A stretch of 64,000 bases of DNA. Origin: Callorhinchus milii. Its lineage: Eukaryota. Below are positions 25,576 through 38,757 of this stretch, piece by piece. The stretch's first letter is position 1. Every line of letters starts with the position of its first letter. The stretch is taken from assembly GCF_018977255.1 (NCBI RefSeq), contig NW_024704742.1, positions 112,160,001 through 112,224,000 of the forward strand, written 5' to 3'. The position numbers were made by a program, and so were the translations under genes. The notes below the pieces were generated by a model that did no database searches, was not told the DNA's origin, and saw only the letters and a program-made list of their open reading frames with translations.

Positions 25576-27309
25576 ATGTGTGATATACTTTAGGTTACTG
25601 AAAAGAAAGCCACTCAGATTTGTTATGAAGGATTTCCATTGGAGATCATTGCATATTAGACACCATTCTTTGAAACTAAGAAGGCATAATAGGTGGAAAA
25701 AAAAATTGCACAGCTGTGGAATGTATAGGTATGTATTTCATTATGTTTAAGTTTGCAGAACTGTAAGGTTTATATAGCTATCTACTTGAGTTAGCCATGC
25801 ACTGAAATGTGCAGTGCAGCCAATGTGCTGTTTGCTTGTTCATCTGGTGCTTGTTTTAATAATCTCATCTCTCGCAGGACTCCCAAAGATTGAGGAAGAA
25901 CATCTCAGATTGTTAGCTCCAGTTCACAGCTGCAAAGTTAAGAGCAGCCCAGACGTGAAGATTTTAACCCCACAATATTCTGCAAACCTCCCTTGAGCTC
26001 AGATTATGTTGAGTTCCAAAGGCATTTTACCAACTAATTCAGGACTTTAACTATTTTGACGGATTCTATAAACATTTGCGTTATATTCTACAGTTCCATT
26101 CAGGAAGGTCAAAGTTGTTAATATGACTATTTTCAATGAATTTAACTGATTTGATAAGAATTTTACAGCCGATGTATGTATCATTCCCCTGAACTGTCAG
26201 AAAGTAAAGTTAAACTATATCCATAAATTAAAATGCAGAATTTACCAATACTTCATCAACCAAGATTATTAGAGCAACCAAGCTTATTGGACATTTGTAA
26301 GTTTTAAAATAAAATCAGCCCTAACAATGACCACCCCACCCATTCTACATTGTGGAGCAAAGCTCTGAAAAGATGATTTCTGATCACTAAAAGTGATCAA
26401 GCAATGACTCCATGATATTCATATATCCTCACATATGCACTAGTCGACACTGGCTGCATTCGTTCCACCTATATTTTGTGTTGAGACCTCAGTAACGCAG
26501 AGTACATTGGGTCCCATGAAGTATTTATTCATTTTAATCTGTAGCTACTGCTAAATCCTCCAAAAATTGTTTAGCTAAGACATTTATTTACTTTAATTGG
26601 GAGGAAATCCTTGTAGCAAGATGGTGAGCCATGCTGCAGGGGAAGGGGAAAAGTGAATTTTTTTGTATAGTTTAGTGTATTTATCCTCTCCCTGACAATT
26701 CTCTTAATATTCGCCATTTCTTGGTGAATAATTTAGAGTATAAATAAAAATAATCCTTTGCATTTGATAATTCAACTCATCATATCATTGAAACATTTCA
26801 AAGCACTTCACAAGATTTTATTGTGATGTGTAGTGACTGTGTATTTGGAGGAAAACGTGTGTAGGAGATGTTCTGGGATTTTTTCCAGTTCTTGTTTATA
26901 TTTGCTGCTCTCTTTTGTCCTGCAGGCATTGTCTGCCATTCTGATCAGATTTCAGTCCAATATCTTCCCATTTTAGCGTGTATTGCTGTGTTGAGCCCCT
27001 CATTCTAAGAAATGGACAGTTTATTAGCCCAAATCAATTTAACCGAGCAATGGGCAGTGTGACAACCCAGTTTTTCAACTTTTGTAGCTCTTCAATTATC
27101 TTATCATTCAATTCATTGGTGAATTTTTCTCGTCTTCCTTTTCCCATCTGTTTCAATATTGTTTTGCTGCAGGTTAAGAAGCTATGCTTTGAAAACAGGA
27201 TCTGTAGGCAGTGAATAATGATATCTTTGTTGTCTTGATGATTTGTGCTTTAATTGTTGAGGCACATGGCGCCCAATTGTTTGCTGATTATTGCCCTTGG
27301 TTGGTGGTG

Positions 27310-27395
27310 CTTCAATTAGTTCAATTTGCAGATCATACCAATTTGGGAGGAACTGTGGAATTAGAGGAGACAGCAAAGGTCCTACAAAGGACGGT
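27310..27395 (+). mobile_element. CR1 reverse-transcriptase remnant
   Basis: FADHTNLGGTV...LQR is a degenerate FADDTKLGG motif. Confidence 0.55.
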
Positions 27396-27399
27396 ATTT

Positions 27400-27575
27400 T
27401 ACATTCCCTTCACATTGCCTCCTTCATGGCATGCCTCCAAACTCTCCTCTTTTACTGAGCCTTCGGCCACCCTCCTACTTTCCCCCCTCCCAGATTCCCA
27501 GCTCGGAGCCAAATCCCTGACTGTCCAGCGGTCCTCACAAAGTGAAAGGCGCGATACAAATGTAATGTTGTATTG
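27400..27575 (+). mobile_element. L2 3' UTR fragment
   Basis: gagccttcggccacct...gtgaaaggcgcgatacaaatgtaatgttg. Confidence 0.65.
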
Positions 27576-27647
27576 TATTTTGTATTGTATATGGATGGGC
27601 TGATGACTGATGACTGGCAACTGACCACATATAGGAAATAATAAGAA

Positions 27648-29935
27648 ACACAACAACAACAACACCAAGATTGCATTTATAGAGCGCCTTTCATGTCAGG
27701 AAGAAGTACCAAGGCGCTGGACAGTTGGGTCAGGACCCGAGCAGGGGGTCAGGGTCAGGGGAGGGAAGGGAGGGAGTGAAGAAGGGGTAGAGAGTCGAGA
27801 GGGGAACTGAAGGCACGGTTGAAGAGAAAGGTCTTGAGACCGGCCTTGAAGGAGGAAAGGGAGGAAGCAAGGCGAAGGCACTGGGGGATGAAAGCCCGGC
27901 CACCGATGGTAGGGCAGTTAGGGCGGGGGATGTGGATCAGATCGGAGCCAGAGGAACGGCGGGTACGGGCAGGTAAATAGAGGGATAGTAGGTCGGAGAG
28001 GTAGGAGGGAGCAAGGCCGTGAATGGCCTTGTAGGTGAGGATGAGGATCTTGAATTCGATCCTCTGGGGGATGGGAAGCCAGTGGAAGTGAACGAGGGTG
28101 GCAGTGATGTGGTCGCGAAGCCTGGTGCGGGACAGTACACGAGCTGCAGAGTTTTGAATGACCTGCAGCTTGTGGAGGGAGGTGCCGGGAAGGCCGACGA
28201 GGGGAGAGTTCCCGTAGTCCAGCCTTGAGGTGATGAAGGTGTGGACCAGAGTTTCAGCAGCGTGAGGGGTGAGGTAGTGCCGTAGTCTGGCGATGTTACG
28301 GAGGTGATGGAAGGCGGTGCCAGTTGTGGCACGGATGTGGGGAAGAAAGGACAGCTCAGGGTCGAACAGAATACCAAGGTTCCTGACTGGCTTTGAGAGG
28401 TGGAGAGTACAGCCTTGGATGCTGATGGTGTCAGCGCCTGAGGTGCGGAGGCGCTGACGAGAGCCAATCAGGAGGGCCTCAGTTTTACGCACATTGATCT
28501 GAAGAAAGTTGTCTCTCGTCCAGGACTCGATGTTGGACAGGCAGACTGTCAGGACATCGGTGGTCGTGGAGTTGAGGATAGAGGAGGAAAGGTAGAGTTG
28601 GGTATCATCCGCATACATGTGGAAGTTAACCCCATGTCTGCGGATGATGTCACCAAGGAGGAGCATATAGAGGGTGAAGAGGAGGGGTCCGAGGACAAAG
28701 CCCTAAGGGATACCGCACGAGACAGTGCGGAGGCCGGAGGAAAAGCCGTTAGTGGAAACTAAATGAAGACGGTGGGAGAGGTAGAACTTAACCACTCAAG
28801 GACAGGGCCTTGAAAGTTGAGGTGGGAAGACAAGCGGTGCAGGAGGATAGAGTGGTCGACCGTATCAAATGAGGCCAATAGGTCGAGGAGGACGAGTAGG
28901 CAGAGGGAGCTCTAGTCACAGATGGTCAAGATGTCATTAGTGACCTTGACCAGGGCAGTTTCCGTGCTATGGGCAGCACGGAAACCCGACTGGAGGGGTT
29001 CAAATAGTGAATGGGTGGAGAGGAAGGAGCGCAGCTGGGAGGCGACGACTCTTTCGAGAACCTTGGACAGGAAGGGGAGGTTGGAGATGGGCCGGTAGCT
29101 TGATAGCTGCGACGCATCAAGGGAGGGGTTCTTCAGTGTGGGAGTGATGGTGGCAGTTTTGAGGGGAATGGGAACAGAGCCAGAGGAGAGTCTGTGAGAA
29201 GTGGGGCAAGGAGTTGGAGCTGGGGGGACTGAGGACTTGGGATGTGGTAGAGAACAGAAGCCTGGAGTTGTTCTTCGCCTCCAGGATTATCCTGGAGTAG
29301 AAGGACGACTTGGCCGAGGCTAGAGTGGAGCGGTAGATTTTGAGGAGGTCCAGCCAGATTTGTCGGTGGACCGTTAGGCCAGATTTGATGCAGGTGCGTT
29401 CAGTGACCCGCACCTGGCTCTTTAGTGACCGGAGTTGGGTGGTGAACCAGGGGGAGGAGCAACAGTAAGAGACAGTACGGGAGGTGATGGGGGCAAGAGT
29501 GTTGAGTGTGGAGGAGAGGGTGTTATGGAGGAGGGTGAGAGCAGAAGAGGGGTCAGTGAGGGATGAAGGCCAGAAGGAGAGGAGTTCAGAGGACTCCAAG
29601 GCAGAGGTGAGGGATTGTGAGGGTAACTTCTTCCAGGGGCGGTAGAAGATGGTGGAGGGTCTGGTGGAGGTAGGGAGGGGGGTGGAGGTGGTGAAGGAGA
29701 TGAAGTGGTGATCGGAGACAGCCTTATCGGTAATGGTGACATCCGAGACACTGAGGCCCCGGGTGATCACCACATCGAGTGGGTGGCCGTGAACGTGAGT
29801 GACGGAGTTGATGTGGAGGGAGAGGTTGAGCGAGGAGAGGAGGGAGGAGAAGTCTGAGGAGGTGGAGCAAGAGGGGGTGAAGTGCAGGTTGAAGTCACCC
29901 AGGATGATGAGGCGACCAGAGCAGAGGCAGAGAGA
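27648..29935 (-). mobile_element. L2 LINE subfamily A, 5'-truncated, internally deleted and frameshifted
   Basis: Endonuclease end (SDHHFISF), RT motifs YADDTQLY and [14 protein letters not shown], (GTT)n tail; close to the 53261 copy. Confidence 0.95.
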
Positions 29936-30003
29936 TGTTAGGAATACTGCATGAATGGGACAGAACTTGCTGGAAGATCAAGGGGTTTTAGTTGGTTCAT
30001 AAC

Positions 30004-33000
30004 TTGGGCCAATAGAAGAGGGTGGCTGCACGTCTTCCGTTACAACAGCCTCCGCCCGCTACAGCTACAACAGCCCCCACGCCCCCCCGCCAATGTAGTT
30101 TGCGGACCGCGGGTCTCCCGCGCTGTTTACCTGATGTCACTGTGGGCGTGTGTGTCTCTATGTGTGAGTGTGTGTCTCTGTGTGTGAGTGTGTGTCTCTG
30201 TGTGTGAGTGTCTGTGTGTGTGAGTGTGTGAGTGTGTGTGTCTGTGTGACAGCGTGTGTCTCTGTGTGTGCGTGTGTGTCTCTATGTGTGAGTGCCAGTC
30301 TCTGCATGTGAGAGCGTGTTTCTCTGTGTGTGAGTGTGTGTCTCTGTGTGTGAGTGTCTGTCTCTGTGTGTGAGTGCCTGTCTCTGTTTGTGTGTGAGTG
30401 TGTGTCTGTGTGTGTGTTTGTATCTGAGTGTGTGTGTGTGGGTGTCTGTGTGTATGAGTTTCTGTCTCTTTGTGTGAGTGTGTATCTCAGTGTGTGAGTA
30501 CTTGTCTCTATGTGTGAATGTCTGTCTCTGTGTGTGAGTGTGTGTGTCTCTGTGTTTGTGAGTGTGTGTCTCTTGTGTGAGTCTTTGTCTCTGTGTGTGA
30601 GTGTCTGTCTCTGTGTGTGAGTGTGTGTGTCTCTGTGTGTGAGTGTGTGTCTCTGTGTGTGAGTGTCTGTCTCTGTGTGTGAGTGTGTATCTCAGTGTGT
30701 GAGTACCTGTCTCTGTGTGTGAGTGTCTGTCTCTGTGTGTGAGTGTGTGTGTCTCTGTGTTTGTGAGTGTGTGTCTCTGTGTGTGAGTCTTTGTCTCTGT
30801 GTGTGAGTGTCTGTCTCTGTGTGTGAGTGTGTGTCTCTGTGTGTGAGTGTGTGTCTCTGTGTCTGAGTGTGTGTCTGTGTGTGAGTGAGTGTGAGTGTCT
30901 GTCTCTGTGTGTGAGTGTGTGTGTCTCTGTGTTTGAGAGTGTGTCTCTGTGTGTAAGAGTCTGTCTCTGTGTGTGAGTGTGTGTCTCTGTGTGTGAGTGT
31001 CTGTCTCTGTGTGTGAGTGTGTGTCTGTATGTGAGTGAGTGTGAGTGTGTCTCTCTGTGTGTGTGGGTATCTGTGTGTGTGAGTTTCTGTCTCTGTGTGT
31101 GAGTGTGTGTTTCTTTGTGTGAGTGTGTGTTTCTTTGTGTGAGTGTGTGTCTCTGTGTGTGAGTGTCTGTCTCTGTGTGTGAGTGTCTGTCTCTTTGTGT
31201 GAGTGGGTGTCTGTGTGTGAGTGAGTGTGAGTCTGTGTGTGTTTGTCTCTGTGTGTGAGTGTGTGTCTCTGTGTTTGAGTGTGTGTCTCTGCGAGTGTGT
31301 GTCTCTGTGTGTTTCTGTCTCTGTGTGTGAGTGTGTGTATGAGTGTCTGTCTCTGTGTGTGTGTCTTTCTCTGTGTGTGAGTGTGTGTCTCTGTGTGTGA
31401 GTGTGTGTCTCTGTGTGTGAGTGTGTGTCTCTGTGTGTGAGTGTGTGTCTCTGTGCGTGAGTGTCTGTCTCTTTGTGTGAGTGTGTGTCTGTGTGTGAGT
31501 GAGTGTGAGTCTGTGTGTGTGTGTCTCTGTGCGTGAGTGTGTGTCTCTGTGTTTGAGTGTGTGTCTCTGCGAGTGTGTGTGTGTGTCTGTCTCTGTGTGT
31601 GAGTGTGTGTCTGTGTGTGAGTGTGTGTCTGTGTGTGAGTGAGTGTGAGTGTGTTTGAGTGTGTGTCTCTGTGTGTGAGTGTCTGTCTCTGTGTGTGTGT
31701 GTGTGTGTCTGTCTCTGTGTGTGAGTGTGTGTCTGTGTTTGAGTGTGTGTCTCTGTGTGTGAGTGTGTGTCTCTGTGTGTGAGTGTCTGTCTCTGTGTGT
31801 GTGTGTCTGTCTCTGCGTGTGAGTGTCTGTCTCTGTGTGTGAGTGTGTGTCTGTGTGAGTGTGTGTCTGTGTGTGAGTGAGTGTGAGTGCGTGTGAGTGT
31901 GTGTGAGTGTGTGTCTCTGTGTGTGAATGTCTGTCTCTGTGTGTGATCGTGTGTCTGTGTGTGAGTGTGTGTCTGTGTGTGAGTGAGTGTGAGTGTGTGT
32001 GAGTGTGTGTCTCTGTGTGTGAATGTCTGTCTCTGTGTGTGATCGTGTGTCTGTGTGTGAGTGTGTGTGAGTGTGTGTCTCTGTGTGTGAGTGTCTGTCT
32101 CTGAGTGTGAGTGTTTGTCTCTGTGTGTGTGTGTGTCTGTCCCTGTGTGTGAGTGTCTGTCTCTGTGTGTGAGTGTGTGTCTGTGTGTGAGTGAGTGTGA
32201 GTGTGTGTGAGTGTGTGTCTGTGTGTGAGTGAGTGTGAGTGTGTGGCTCTATGTGTGAGTTTTTGTCTTTGTGTGTGAGTGTCGTCGGCTGTGTGTGAGT
32301 GTGTGTCTCTGCGTGTGAGTGTGTGTCTGTGTGTGAGTGTGCGTCTCTGTGTGTGAGTGCCTGTCTCTGTGAGTGTGTCTGTGTGTGTGTGTGTGTCTCT
32401 GTGTGTGTGTGGGTATCTGTGTGTGTGAGTTTCTGTCTCTGTGTGTGAGTGTGTGTTTCTTTGTGTGAGTGTGTGTCTCTGTGTGTGAGTGTCTGTCTCT
32501 GTGTGTGAGTGTGTGTCTCTGTGTGTGAGTGTGTGTATGAGTGTCTGTCTCTGTGTGTGTCTTTCTCTGTGTGTGAGTTTGTGTCCCTGTGTGTGTGTGT
32601 CTCTGTGTGTGAGTGTGTGTCTCTGTATGTGAATGTGTGTCTCTGTGTGTGAGTGTGTGTCTCTGTGTGTGAGTGTCTGTCTCTTTGTGTGAGTGTGTGT
32701 CTGTGTGTGAGTGAGTGTGAGTCTGTGTGTGTGTGTCTCTGTGTGTGAGTGTGTGTCTCTGTGTTTGAGTGTGTGTCTCTGCGAGTGTGTGTCTCTGTGT
32801 GTTTGTGTATCTGTGTGTGAGTGTGTGTCTCTGTCTGTCTGTGTCTCTCTCTGTGTGTGAGTGTCTATCTGTGTGTGGGTGTCTGTGTGTGTGTTTCTGT
32901 CTCTGTGTGTGAGTGTGTATCTCTGTGTGTGAGTGTCTGTCTCTGTGTGTGAGTGTGTGTCTCTGTGTGTGAGTGTCTGTCTCTGTGTGTGAGTGTGTCT

Positions 33001-36000
33001 CTGTGTGTGAGTGTGTGTCTGTGTGTGAGTGTGTGTCTGTGTGTGAGTGTGTGTGAGTGTGTGTGAGTGTGTGTCTCTGTGTGTGAATGTCTGTCTCTGT
33101 GTGTGAGTGTCTGTCTCTGTGTGTGATCGTGTGTCTGTGTGTGAGTGAGTGTGAGTGTGTGTGAGTGTGTGTCTCTGTGTGTGAGTGTCTGTCTCTGTGT
33201 GTGAGTGTTTGTCTCTGTGTGTGAGTGTGTGTATGAGTGTCTGTCTCTGTGTGTGTGTCTGTCTCTGTGTGTGAGTGTGTGTCTCTGCGTGTGAGTGTGT
33301 GTCTGTGTGTGAGTGTGCATCTCTGTGTGTGAGTGCCTGTCTCTGTGAGTGAGTGTGAGTGTGTCTCTGTGTGTGTGTGTGTGTCTCTGTGTGTGAGTGT
33401 GTGTCTCTGTGTGTGAGTGTGTGTCTCTGTGTGTGAGTGTCTGTCTCTGTGTGTGAGTGTGTGTCTGTGTGTGAGTGAGTGTGAGTCTGTGTGTGTGTGT
33501 CTCTGTGTGTGAGTGTGTGTCTCTGTGTGTGAGTGTGTGTCTCTGTGAGTGTGTGTCTGTGTGTGAGTGAGTGTGAGTGTGTTTGAGTGTGTGTCTCTGT
33601 GTGTGAGTGTCTGTCTCTGTGTGTGTGTGTCTGTCTCTGTGTGTGAGTGTGTGTCTGTGTGTGAGTGTGTGTCTGTGTGTGAGTGAGTGTGAGTGCGTGT
33701 GAGTGTGTGTGAGTGTGTGTCTCTGTGTGTGAATGTCTGTCTCTGTGTGTGATCGTGTGTCTGTGTGTGAGTGTGTGTGAGTGTGTGTCTCTGTGTGTGA
33801 GTGTCTGTCTCTGTGTGTGAGTGTTTGTCTCTGTGTGTGTGTGTGTGTATTTGTGTGAGTGTGTGTCTCTGTGTGTGAGGGTGTATCTCTGTGTGTGAGT
33901 GTGCATTTGTGTGTGAGTGTGTGTCTCTGTGTGAGTGTCTGTCTCTGTGTGAGTGTCTGTCTCTGTGTGTGAGTTTCTGTTTCGTTGTGTGAGTGTGTGT
34001 TTCTGTGTGTGACTGTGTTTCTCTGTGTGAGTGTCTGTCTCTGGGTGTGAGTTTGTGTATGAGAGTCAGTCTCTGTGTGTGAGTATCTGTCTCTGTGTGT
34101 GAGTATCTGTCTCTGTGTGTGAGTGTTTCTTTGTGTGTGAGTGTGTGTGTGAGTGTGAGTGTCTGTCTCTGTGTGTGAGTGTGTGTCTCTGTGTGTTACT
34201 GTGTGTCTCTGTGTGTGAGTGTCTGTCTGTGTGTGTGTGTGAGTGTGTGTCTCTGTGTGTGAGTGTCTGTCGCTGTGTGTGAGTGTGTCTCTGTGTCTGT
34301 CTGTGTCTGTCTCTGTGTGTGAGTGTCTGTCTGTGTGTGAGTGGGTGTGCGTGAGTTTGTGTCTCTGTGTGAGTGTCTCTCACTGTGTATGTGTCTCTGC
34401 GTGTAACTATGTGTCACTGTGTGTGTCTGTCTCTGTGTGTGAGTGTGTGTCTCTGTGAGTGAGTGTCTGTCTCTGTGTGTGAGTGTCTGTCTCTGTGGGT
34501 GTGTGTCTCTGTGAGTGAGTGTTTGTCTCTGTGTGTGAGTGTGTGTCTCTGTGTGTGAGTGTGTCTCTTTGTGTGAGTGTCTGTCTGTATGCGAGTGAGT
34601 GGGCGTCAGTGTGTGTCTCTGCGTGAGTGTCTGTCACTGTGTGTGAGTGTGTGTCTCTGTGTGTGAGTGTGTGTCTCTGTGTGTGAGTGTCTGTCTCTGT
34701 GTGTGAGTGTCTGTCTCTGTGTTAGTGTGTGTCTCTGTGTGTGAGTGTCTGTCTCTGTGTGTGAGTGTGTGTATCTGTGTGTTACTGTGTGTCTCTGTGT
34801 GTGAGTGTCTGTCTTTGTGTGTGAGTGTGTGTGAGTGTTGTCTCTGGGTGTGAGTATGTGTTTCTCTGTGTGACTGTGTGTCTCTGTGTGAGTGTCTGTC
34901 TCTGTGTGTGAATGTCTGTCTCTGTGTGTGAGTGTGTCTTTGTGGGTGAGTGTCTGTCTCTGTGTGTGAGTGTGTCTTTGTGCGTGAGTGTGTGTGTGAG
35001 TGTGAGTGTCTGTCTCTGTGTGTGAGTGTGTCTCTGTGTCTGTCTGTGAGTGTCTGTCACTGTGTATGTGTCTCTGCGTGCAACTGTGTGTCACTGTGTG
35101 TGTCTGTCTCTGTGTGTGAGTGTGTGTCTCTGTGTGTGACTGTGAGTCTCTGTGTGAGTCTGTCTCTGTGTATGAGTGTGTGTCTCTGTGTGTGAGTGTC
35201 TGTCTGTATGTGAGTGAGTGTGCGTGAGTGTCTGTCACTCTGTGTGAGTGTGTGTCTCTGTGTGTGAGTGTCTGTCTCTGTTTGTTAGTGTGTGTATTTG
35301 TTTGAGGGTGTATCTCTGCGTGTGAGTGTGCATTTGTGTGTGTGTGTGTGTGCCTCTGTGTGTGAGTTTATGTCTCTGTTTGTGAGTGTGTGTTTCTCTG
35401 TGTGACTGTGTGTCTCTGTGTGTGAGTGTCTGTCTCTGTGTGTGAGTGTCTCTCTCTGTGTGTGAGTGTGTGTCTCTGTGAGTGAGTGTCTGTCTTTGTG
35501 TGTGAGTTTGTGTATGAGTCTGTCTCTGTGTGTGAGTATCTGTCTCTGTGCGTGAGTGTGTGTCTCTGTGTGTGAGTGTGTGTCTCTGTGTGTGAGTGTG
35601 TGTCTCTGTGTGTGAGTGTGTCTCTGTGTGTGAGTGTCTGTCTGTATGTGAGTGTGCGTGAGTGTGTGTCTCTGTGTGTGTGTCTGTCTCTGTGTGTCAG
35701 TGTCTGTCTCTGTGTGTGAGTGTCTGTCTCTGTATATTAGTGTGTGTATTTGTGTGAGTGTGTGTCTCTGTGTGTGAGTTTCTGTTTCTTTGTGTGAGTG
35801 TGTGTTTCTGTGTGTGTCTGTGTTTCTCTGTGTGAGTGTCTGTCTCTGGGTGTGAGTTTGTGTATGAGAGTCAGTCTCTGTGTGTGAGTATCTGTCTCTG
35901 TGTGTGAGTGTGTCTTTGTGTGTGAGTGTGTGTCTCTGTGTGTTACTGTGTGTCTCTGTGTGTGAGTGTCTGTCGCTGTGTGTGAGTGTGTCTCTGTGTC

Positions 36001-38321
36001 TGTCTGTGTCTGTCTCTGTGTGTGAGTGTCTGTCTGTGTGTGAGTGGGTGTGCGTGAGTGTGTATCTCTGTGTGAGTGTCTGTCACTGTGTATGTGTCTC
36101 TGCGTGTCACTGTGTGTCACTGTGTGTGTCTGTCTCTGTGTGTGAGTGTGTGTCTCTCTGTGTGAGTGTCTGTCTCTGTGTGTGTGTGTGTCTCTGTGTG
36201 TGACTGTGAGTCTCTGTGTGAGTCTGTCTCTGTGTATGAGTGTCTGTCTCTGTGTGAGTGTCTGTCTCTGTGTGTTAGTGTGTGTATTTGTGTGAGTGTC
36301 TGTCTCTGTGTGTGAGTGTGTGTCTCTGTGTGTTACTATGTGTCTCTGTGTGTTACTGTGTGTCTCTATGTGTAAGTGTCTGTCTCGGTGTGTGAGTGTG
36401 TGTGTCTGTGTGTGAGTGTGTGTCACTTTGTGTGAATGTGTGTCTCTGTGTGTGAGTGCCTGTCTTTGTGTGTGAGTGTGTGTCACTGTATCTGAGTGTG
36501 TGTCTGTGTGAGTGTGTTTCTCTGTGTGTGTGTATCTCTGTGTCTGTGTGTGTCTATCTCTGTGTGTGAGTATCTGTCAGTGTGTGTGTTTTGTTGTGTA
36601 TGAGTATCTGTCTCTGTGTGTGAGTGTCTGTCTCTGTGTGTGAGTGTGTGTCTCTGTGTTGAGTTTCTTTCTCTGTGTATGAGTGTGTGTGTGTATGTGT
36701 GTCTGTCTCTTTGTGTGAGTGTATCTCTCTGTGTGTGCATGTGTGTCTCTGTGTGTGTGTTTCTATGTGTGAGGGTCTGTCTCTGTGTGTGAGTGTCTGT
36801 CTCCTTGTGTGTGTCTATCTCTGTGTGTGAGTGTCTTTCTCTGTGTGTGAGTGTGTGTCTCTGTTTGTGTGTATGTGTCTCTGTGTGTGAGTGTCTGTCG
36901 CTGTGTGTGAGTGTGTCTCTGTGTCTGTCTGTGTCTGTCTCTGTGTGTGAGTGTCTGTCTGTGTGTGAGTGGGTGTGCGTGAGTTTGTGTCTCTGTGTGA
37001 GTGTCTGTCACTGTGTATGTGTCTCTGCGTGTAACTGTGTGTCACTGTGTGTGTCTGTCTCTGTGTGTGAGTGTGTGTCTCTCTGTGTGAGTGTGTCTGT
37101 GTGTGTGTATCTGTGTGTGTGTCAGTGTGTGTCTGTGAGTGTGTTTGTCTGTCTGTGCGTGTGTGTGTCTCTCTGTCTGTAAGTGTGTGTATCTCCGTCT
37201 GTCAGTGTGTGTGTGTGTCTGTCTGTGAGTGTTTGTGTCTCTGTCAGTGAGTGTGTGTCTGTCCGTGAGTGTGTGTGTCTCTCTGTCTGTGCATGCGTGT
37301 GTCTGTGTGTCTGTGAGTGTGTCTCTCTGTGTCTGTGAATGTGTGTGTGTCTATGTGTGTCTGTGATTGTCTGTGTCTCTGTGTGTCTGTGAGTTTGTAT
37401 GTGTGTCTCTGTGTGACTGTGAGTGTGTGTGTGTCTCTGTGTGTCTGTGATTGTGTGTCTCTGTGTGTCTGTGAGTGTGTGTGTCTCTGTGTGTCTGTGA
37501 GTTTGTGTGTGTGTGTCTCTGTCTAAGAGTGTGTATGTCTCTGTCTGTGTGTGTGTCCATGAATGTGTGTGTCTCTCTGTCTGTGAGTGTGTGTGTCTCT
37601 CTGTCTGTGAGTGTGTGTGTCTCTGTGTGTCTGTGTGTCTCCCTGTGTCAGTGAGTGTGTGTCTGTCCACGAGTGTGTGTCTCTCTGTCTGTAAGTGTGT
37701 ATGTCTTTGTCTGTGAGTGTGTGTGTCTGTCCGTGAGTGTGTGTGTCTCTCTGTCTGTGAGTGTGTGTGTCTCTCTCTGTCTGTGAGTGAGTGTGTTTCT
37801 CTCTCTGTTTGTGTGTGTGTATCTCTCTGTGTCTGTGAATCTGTCTCTCTCTGTATCTGTGAGGCTGTCTCTCTGTGTGTCTGTGAGTGTGTGTGTATCT
37901 CTCTCTGCGTTTGTGTGTCTTTCTGTGTTTGTGAGTGTGTGTGTGTCTCTCTGTTTCTGCGTTTGTGAGTGCGTGTGTGTCTTTCTCTGGGTTTCTGTGT
38001 CTGTGTGTGGTGCAGGCCCTCAGAGGCAGGAGGTAGTGAGCTCCTGTAGCCTCACTGGTGTCCCCCCCCAAAAAAATGGACCACCCAGTTTTTGTTAAAG
38101 AAGCAATTAATATTTTTTTTGCAACAATCTAATATGTGCTATTTCCTTATGTTTAGTTTTTATCAATAAAGTGAAAAAATGCAGCAGTAAAATGTACCTC
38201 AATAGCATTGACCAACCTCTGCAATTTCCCCGCAAAATTTAGCAAAGGCCTCCGCAATTCCCTGCAGAATTTGTAAAGCGCTCAATTTTGCAAATATGTC
38301 CGCACTTTTCTCTTGGCCCAG
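30004..38321. mobile_element. Putative non-autonomous TIR DNA transposon (hAT-like) carrying an internal satellite
   Basis: Terminal inverted repeats 30004-30025 and 38300-38321 (17/22 identical); flanking 8-mers TTCATAAC and CTCGTAGC; subterminal CCGCAA-like repeats at 38215-38305. Confidence 0.55.
30147..38010. repeat. 7.9-kb complex (TG)-rich satellite, ~20-bp unit GAGTGTGTGTCTCTGTGTGT
   Basis: Directly visible; variant GAGTGTCTGTCTCTGTGTGT is common; unit shifts toward GTGTCTGTGA-type beyond ~37100. Confidence 0.98.
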
Positions 38322-38361
38322 CTCGTAGCTCACTATGTCAAAGCAATGCGAAGCCGCAATA

Positions 38362-38735
38362 AACAACAACAACAACAACAACAAGATTCCATTTATAAAG
38401 CGCCTTTCACGTCAGGAGGACGTCCCAAGGCGCTGCACAGTTGGGTCATGACCCGAGCAGGGGGGAAATGGTCAGGGTGAGGGGAGGGAAGGGAGGGAGC
38501 GAGGAGGGGGAAATGGTCAGGGTGAGGGGAGGGAAGGGAGGGAGCGAGGAGGGGGAAGAGAGTCGAGAGGGGAGCTGAAGGCTCGGTCAAAGAGAAAGGT
38601 TTTGAGACCGGCCTTGAAGGAGGAAAGGGAGGAGCGGCGAAGGCACTGGGGGATGGAGTTCCAGAGCCTGGGGGCTGAGAGGCTGAAGGCCCGACCACCG
38701 ATGGTAGGGCGGTTGGGGCGGGGGACGTGGAGCAG
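38362..38735 (-). mobile_element. L2 subfamily A, short young 3' end
   Basis: Nearly identical to the reverse complement of ~55050-55469; two 45-bp 3' repeats; (GTT)n tail. Confidence 0.95.
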
Positions 38736-38757
38736 GAGAAACGGAATGCTGGGCTAA

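Noticed and set aside
1..30000. miR-9 hairpin or MEF2C exons expected from synteny
   Set aside because: No TCTTTGGTTATCTAGCTGTATGA and no MADS/MEF2 coding sequence found on either strand by eye
30508..33906. 1132-aa His/Thr-rich ORF and neighbouring long ORFs
   Set aside because: Translation of the (CA)-rich satellite strand, which rarely forms stop codons; no gene structure
30147..38010. CRISPR-like or telomeric array
   Set aside because: No unique spacers and no TTAGGG units; eukaryotic simple-sequence satellite
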